NCBI GenBank assembly: GCA_965221905.1
Contig: OZ244922.1
Coordinates: 864,001-928,000, forward strand
Direction of reading: 5' to 3'
From: Chloroflexota bacterium
Lineage (GTDB): Bacteria > Chloroflexota > UBA11872 > VXOZ01
Length of the DNA stretch: 64,000 bases
Positions 58,584 through 64,000 of the stretch are shown here, piece after piece. The notes below the pieces were generated by a model that was not told the origin of the DNA, did no database searches, and saw only the letters and a program-made list of their open reading frames with translations. Position 1 is the first letter of the stretch. Each line of letters begins with the position of its first letter. Position numbers and translations under genes: made by a program.

Positions 58584-59573
58584 ATGAACGCTTCTGCCAA
58601 TGAACAGTCCTATGGCGGGCCGGAACAAGAAATCTTCAAGCACGCGTTCTCCGATCCGATTATCGAGAACGAGATGCTGTATCCGGCGCTGACGACGCTC
58701 GACGACATATACGAGGCTAATGCCACTCTGCTCATGCCGGTCGAGCATTTCTTTACGGCGTATGAGAACCTGCAAATCGAGTCGGCGGAGACGTTGGAGC
58801 TCGATGGCGGGTCTACTCACCTCCTGCACATCACCTATATGCTGGGAGGCGCCACGTATCACGGGTACGCCTACGCGCCTGCCGCCCCGCAAACCGACCG
58901 CCCTGCCTCGCTGATCATCCCGGGGAGCGGCCTCAATTGCTCCGAGCCGATCTACCGCAAAGATCCGGCGAGCTACCACGACGGCATCATCGACGCACTG
59001 GGCGACGGCTTCATGAACTACACGTTCATCAAGCCCAACGAGGACTGCCTGGCGTTCCACAATGGCGAAGGCAAGGTCAACATTGCTTTCTTTGTGAACT
59101 GGCTGCTCAACAATGCGACATCATTCTCTGCCGCGTACATCGTGAGCGCGATGGCGATAACGAAGTACCTCCAGCAGCGGCATGACAAGGTGGTGGTTGC
59201 CGGGCTTTCGCAAGGCGGCGGGGCGGCACTGCTCACGTCTTTGCAGTCGCAACCCACGGCCGCGCTTATTGCCTCCGGCTTTTCCGTAATCATGGAGCGC
59301 ATCCACTGGTCGGGGCACAACCAGATCATCATCCCCGGCATCGGCCAGGCCTACAGCAATGAGAACGTGCGAGAGAAAATCAAGGCTTCGCCCACGCAGT
59401 TCCTCTTCACCTACGGCAGGCAGGAACACGTGATCTACCGCCTTGAGGCAGAAGAGCACTATAGCTGCGACTTCCTCGCCGACTGCTCCAATGTGCGCTG
59501 CGAATCCCACGACGACGGCCACATCTTCCATGTTGACATAACAAGCGACTTTTTGCGCGGCCTTGGCATGTAA
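58584..59573 (+). CDS. Putative alpha/beta hydrolase
   Basis: IIPGSG, VAGLSQGG nucleophile elbow and C-terminal DDGH. Confidence 0.7.
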   Translation: MNASANEQSYGGPEQEIFKHAFSDPIIENEMLYPALTTLDDIYEANATLLMPVEHFFTAYENLQIESAETLELDGGSTHLLHITYMLGGATYHGYAYAPAAPQTDRPASLIIPGSGLNCSEPIYRKDPASYHDGIIDALGDGFMNYTFIKPNEDCLAFHNGEGKVNIAFFVNWLLNNATSFSAAYIVSAMAITKYLQQRHDKVVVAGLSQGGGAALLTSLQSQPTAALIASGFSVIMERIHWSGHNQIIIPGIGQAYSNENVREKIKASPTQFLFTYGRQEHVIYRLEAEEHYSCDFLADCSNVRCESHDDGHIFHVDITSDFLRGLGM

Positions 59574-59683
59574 ACGGCTGATTTTGGCACGTGCGGGGGC
59601 GGCGCTGCAGTCGCGCGGGGAGAGCGCGGCTAGTTATGACCGGCCCGTATCGTCGCGGCGCAAGGCGATGGGGTTGAACGGCA

Positions 59684-61636
59684 ATGAGTGCGATAGAACA
59701 CTATACAGACGAATGGACTCCCCTCAACCCTGTAATCCTGGAGGCGCACCGAGCGAGTTCCAACGCGGTTGTGTCGGCGAATTGCTCGCCAGCGCAGGCG
59801 ACGGTGGGTACCTGGCAGTGCGTGGAATTGCGACTGACCCTCGGCCCCGAGGGGTTGTGTGAGGGCGATGCCCTGGTCGTGCAGTCTGCGACGCGCGGCT
59901 TGCAGTCCTGGCCGGTGTTGCAGCACCTTATGCCGGCAGAGGCGGGATACACCACTGCCGAGACCGCTTCGGGAAGGCGCGTGACCTGCGTTGTGGCTGG
60001 GCAGCACGTGCGCATGGTCGCGGCAGAGCCGCTGCCGGCCGGAGACACCCTCTGTCTTACGTACGGCGACCGGCGCGCTGGCGGGCCGGGCATCAAAATG
60101 ACTCTGGCCGCGCTCCGGCAGTGGTTTCGTATTCTTTACGTGCCCCAGGACGGTTCCGGCGCGCGCGAGGTGATCGCTGAACCGCCGTACCTTGACCTGC
60201 TACCGGCGGCGGCGGTCGGTCTTGACGTCTTGGCCCCAAGCCATGCTCGACGAGGAGAGGAATTCACGCTCGTCGTCAAGGCGGTAGATGAACATGGCAA
60301 CACGGTCGCGCCATTGGCCGAACCCGCAGCTATCTCTCCTGTAATTGGAGTAGATATTCCACCCGAAGTTGTGCTCAGCGAACGCGAACGGGCCGCCCGC
60401 CGCACAACCGTCGTGCTCACCGAAGAGTTGCCGCCCACCGCGCGGTTGCGCCTTGTCGTGCGCCACCGGCAGATCAAGAACGTGGCGTACAGCAATCCGC
60501 TGGAGTTGCTCCCCGAAAATGACGTCTCCGACCGCATCTTCTGGGGCGATTTGCATGCGCACACCTCTCACGGCCACGCGTATGGCGAGATCGAAGACCT
60601 CTACCATTACGCGCGCGATGAGGCGCGGCTCGACTTCGTGGCGCACGTGGAGCACTACACGCGCGCGGGCGAGTGGCTGCACCCGTGGTGGCGGCGGCGC
60701 TATCCGGCGAGTGAGACGGTCGCGGACTTCGTCGAGCACTCGTGGCAGGAGCGTCTGCAGCAAGCGCGGCGGTTCGATGCGCCCGGCCGGTTCGTGCCGT
60801 TACTGGGTTTCGAGTGGGCGCACACGACCGGGCATCTCAACGGCTTCTTCCCCGGTTTGGATGCGCCGCTCGTCTATCCCACGAGCTTTCGCGATCCCGC
60901 GATGAATCCCGCTCACCTCAAAATGCTGCTTGCAGGGCATGAGTGGTTCGGCGTGCCCCACCATACCGCCTTCCCGCTGGGTCGGGGTACCTTGGGCGGG
61001 TTCCGTTGGGAACTCTTCGATCCTGAGACCATGCCCTGCGTGGAGATTGCGTCCAAGCAAGGGAACGGTGAGTACTTCGGCGCGCCGTACGCGGCGCTGC
61101 CATCGGGAGTAGGGGGCACGGTGCGGGAAGGGCTAGGGCAAGGACTCAGGTTTGGCTTCGTGGGCGCTACGGATACGAATATCGCGCGGCCGGGCTCGTT
61201 CACGGCCCAAGAGAAACGCCAGCGACTGCCGGGCCTGACGGCGGTGTTTGCGCCTGCCCTGGAGCGTGAGGCGATCTACAACGCGATCCGACAGCGGCGT
61301 TGCTACGCTACCCTCGGCGGCAGACCGATTCTGCGCTTCACTATCAACGGCGCGTTCATGGGCGAGTCGTTGCGTTTGGCACGCGCCGACACCGTGAAGC
61401 ACATCGTGTGCGACGTAGCCGGCACGGCAGACCTCGCGCGCGTGGAAGTCATCAAAAACGGCGAACCGTTCTTTCAGTTCGTGACCACGGACACCGGCGC
61501 CCACAACCGCACGCACGAGTACCGTGAAGAGTTCCCCGACACAAACCCCAGCCAATCAGGCGACTACTACTATCTGCGCGTGCAGCAGTTCGATGGCACC
61601 CTCGCCTGGTCAAGCCCCATCTGGATCGATTTGTAG
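59684..61636 (+). CDS. DUF3604 / PHP-like metallohydrolase
   Basis: IFWGDLHAHT, LGFEW, GHLN, VPHH, VEIAS, GFVGATD and YYLRVQQ.DG.LAWSSPIW. Confidence 0.85.
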   Translation: MSAIEHYTDEWTPLNPVILEAHRASSNAVVSANCSPAQATVGTWQCVELRLTLGPEGLCEGDALVVQSATRGLQSWPVLQHLMPAEAGYTTAETASGRRVTCVVAGQHVRMVAAEPLPAGDTLCLTYGDRRAGGPGIKMTLAALRQWFRILYVPQDGSGAREVIAEPPYLDLLPAAAVGLDVLAPSHARRGEEFTLVVKAVDEHGNTVAPLAEPAAISPVIGVDIPPEVVLSERERAARRTTVVLTEELPPTARLRLVVRHRQIKNVAYSNPLELLPENDVSDRIFWGDLHAHTSHGHAYGEIEDLYHYARDEARLDFVAHVEHYTRAGEWLHPWWRRRYPASETVADFVEHSWQERLQQARRFDAPGRFVPLLGFEWAHTTGHLNGFFPGLDAPLVYPTSFRDPAMNPAHLKMLLAGHEWFGVPHHTAFPLGRGTLGGFRWELFDPETMPCVEIASKQGNGEYFGAPYAALPSGVGGTVREGLGQGLRFGFVGATDTNIARPGSFTAQEKRQRLPGLTAVFAPALEREAIYNAIRQRRCYATLGGRPILRFTINGAFMGESLRLARADTVKHIVCDVAGTADLARVEVIKNGEPFFQFVTTDTGAHNRTHEYREEFPDTNPSQSGDYYYLRVQQFDGTLAWSSPIWIDL

Positions 61637-61867
61637 AGCAGCATTTGCTCTAGACTAGGCTCCCAAATTGGCGTCCATCAAAATGCCACAGAAGTCCTAC
61701 GCTACATACGGACTAAGTACACGGCCTCTGACTTCTCGCTGTTGAACGGTGTATGTCCTATAACCCGCTCAATATCGGCAGCCAAACGGCTGGCATGCTG
61801 ACCGCAACAATGGCTGGAACGGTGATAGAATCGCTTAGGACAAACAACATCCACAGGATAGATTTCA

Positions 61868-64000
61868 ATGATTCCCGATCAAAGCCACATCAATAGACTA
61901 CGAGATACGCTGTGGAAGCGCCCCGGCTCTGGGGTTTCGGTAATGGTCGGCAGTGGTTTCAGCAGAAGTGCGGAGAAGATTCGTTTCGACGCTGATGACA
62001 TTCCCATGTGGTGGGATATCGCTAACGAAATGCACAGGAGTCTAGACCCGGAAGGCGTGAATGAGTATCGGCAAGGAGCAAAGGCACCGACTTTAACGGC
62101 TGATAGCGCTTTGAGATTTGGCGAAGAATACAGGACTGTTTTCGGCCGCAGCAAACTGCATGAATTATTAGAGCAGCTTGTTCGTGATGAAGAATTTTCT
62201 CCTGGAGAAACCCACTTACGATTGTTGAGTCTGCCTTGGAGAGATGTGTTTACCACAAACTGGGATACGCTACTAGAACGGGCTAGCTCAAACATAGCGG
62301 CACCAGCGTATAGCGTTGTTCAAAACATGGAACAGCTTCCCCTTATGAGCCAACCTCGCATTGTCAAGTTGCATGGTTCACTTCCTGCGCAGTTTCCGCT
62401 GATTTTCACAGAAGAGGATTATCGAACCTATCCGATCCAGTTCGCGCCGTATGTAAACACCGTGCAACAGGCAATGATGGAAAGCCTGTTTCCTCTCATT
62501 GGATTCTCTGGTGATGACCCCAACTTTCTTAAATGGTCAAGTTGGGTACGCGACAATTTAGGGGATGCTTCACCAAAGATCTACTTAGCTGGTTGGTTGG
62601 AATTATCACCAAGTCGTCGTCGAATGCTAGAAGAGAGCGGAGTAAATTCAATCGATATTGCAGAACACCCAAAGGCCAAGGAGTGGCCCGAGAGGCTTCG
62701 ACACCAATACGCAACAGATTGGCTATTGTGCTCACTCGAGAATGGCCAGCCATATGACAGTACTGATTGGCCTTCACCCCAAATGCGAGAGACCACGCCA
62801 GTCCCGGTACACCTTCAGCCTATCGAAGAGATAGTCGCGGATGTTCCTCAAGTCCATCCAGAGAAGGAAAGGCGAACTAGCTCGCCTAATTACCAGAACG
62901 AGTCGCTTGAACGGGTCGAGCAAGTTCTCGACGTTTGGGCACATAACAGAAGGCTCTACCCTGGGTGGTTAGTATTCCCACATGGGCAAGACCGATTTGA
63001 ACTTAGTCAGCGGACGGATGATTGGGAACCGCCGATTCTCAAGGTGCTAGACAGGTTATCATCAGTAGAGCAGTTGAGAGCAATTCGCGAGTTGGTATGG
63101 CGTCGAGAAATCCTGCTCGAACCCATTAGCTCGGAGCTCGAAGAGGCTGCGCAGAAAATACTGGACGCCATAGATGGCGCTAGTCTCACAATTGAAGGAT
63201 CCCGTGAGTTACGTGATGATTGGCAAGAGATTCGGGACGCGTGGAGGACTATATCACTTGCCCTAGTCACGAATGCGCGCTACGGAAATAAGCGCAGCCG
63301 GTTTGAATGCCGCCTTGAGGCACTAATGCCCCTCCTTACCGAAGACTCCGACGCTGAACACAGAGCAAAGCAAGAACGGTGCCTATGGGCAGCCTATTCA
63401 CTGGACTTAGACCAGTTGAGTGTGCTTCTCGATGAATGGCGCGTTGAAAACTGTGACCCAGCATGGATGTTGCGCAAGGCCGCGTTACTTACGGAAGCAA
63501 ACAGATTCGATGAATCGGGGAAGCTAATTGAGAATGCATTGGATTTGCTTAGGAAAAACTCACAGGCGGTAAGAAGCATCGCAAACGCTTCCCGGGAAGG
63601 CTGGGCACTTGCTTCTTCACTTACTTACTCTAATCGAAAGAAGCTGCCAAGGGAGTGGGACAAGCTCGCTGCTCAAAAGTGTGATGCTCTAGCTGAGATT
63701 GACCACATCAGACGCCCACTTCAAGGCATCGAAGAGCTACAGAATCCCCCGCCATTTGACTCTACGTCAGGGGAAGGTTTTCGCATTGAGCTTTCCAATA
63801 GAGGCTACCAGCGCATGATCTCGGCGTACAGAGCAGTTCGCCTTCCGGAAGTGACAGGCCTTCCGATAGCAAACAACCCTGATAGTGATGGCTTTCCGCC
63901 CATGTCTCTATTCTCCGATGTCCTGAAACTAGCAGCGGAGGGAATGGTTACGGTTAATCCGGAACTTGCACTAAGGTTAATCCTTCGGGTGAGTAAGACT
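61868..64000 (+). CDS. SIR2-family NADase, Dsr1-like anti-phage sirtuin; runs off the right edge
   Basis: Manual translation: SVMVGSGFSR, FTTNWDTLLER, IVKLHGS, FTEEDYRTYP, IGFSGDDPNFL.WS.WVRDNLG, then a long helical region; AT-richer than the flank. Confidence 0.88.
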   Translation, partial: MIPDQSHINRLRDTLWKRPGSGVSVMVGSGFSRSAEKIRFDADDIPMWWDIANEMHRSLDPEGVNEYRQGAKAPTLTADSALRFGEEYRTVFGRSKLHELLEQLVRDEEFSPGETHLRLLSLPWRDVFTTNWDTLLERASSNIAAPAYSVVQNMEQLPLMSQPRIVKLHGSLPAQFPLIFTEEDYRTYPIQFAPYVNTVQQAMMESLFPLIGFSGDDPNFLKWSSWVRDNLGDASPKIYLAGWLELSPSRRRMLEESGVNSIDIAEHPKAKEWPERLRHQYATDWLLCSLENGQPYDSTDWPSPQMRETTPVPVHLQPIEEIVADVPQVHPEKERRTSSPNYQNESLERVEQVLDVWAHNRRLYPGWLVFPHGQDRFELSQRTDDWEPPILKVLDRLSSVEQLRAIRELVWRREILLEPISSELEEAAQKILDAIDGASLTIEGSRELRDDWQEIRDAWRTISLALVTNARYGNKRSRFECRLEALMPLLTEDSDAEHRAKQERCLWAAYSLDLDQLSVLLDEWRVENCDPAWMLRKAALLTEANRFDESGKLIENALDLLRKNSQAVRSIANASREGWALASSLTYSNRKKLPREWDKLAAQKCDALAEIDHIRRPLQGIEELQNPPPFDSTSGEGFRIELSNRGYQRMISAYRAVRLPEVTGLPIANNPDSDGFPPMSLFSDVLKLAAEGMVTVNPELALRLILRVSKT

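Overview
GC-rich bacterial chromosomal window. The gene repertoire (two PhyH dioxygenases, two DUF3604/PHP proteins, three class-III aminotransferases, a form II cox cluster, an ankyrin protein) suggests a Chloroflexota-like heterotroph; this is inference only. Housekeeping and metabolic genes (lepA, an M3B oligoendopeptidase, coxG/coxSLM, glycosyltransferases, a PyrE-like PRTase, an Lnt-like protein) alternate with AT-richer defence-type inserts: a DUF262+HEPN pair, a small ORF plus DUF4268 nuclease-like pair, a DUF433/PIN toxin-antitoxin pair, and a Dsr1-like sirtuin running off the right edge. The most striking non-coding signal is a layered set of selfish DNA. There are at least four REP-like palindrome families. 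A complete IS481-family element (5-bp TSD) sits inside a CCCTCTCC...GGAGAGGG hairpin. A 238-bp MITE (6-bp TSD) sits inside another copy of that hairpin and itself carries two hairpin copies plus a 14-bp scar of the IS481 end. Other notable items are an Lnt homologue lacking its catalytic Cys, an RBS-sequestering hairpin plus uORF upstream of an RNHCP gene, a stand-alone 4x Cache lipoprotein and a HAD pseudogene duplicate. No rRNA, complete tRNA or CRISPR array was seen.
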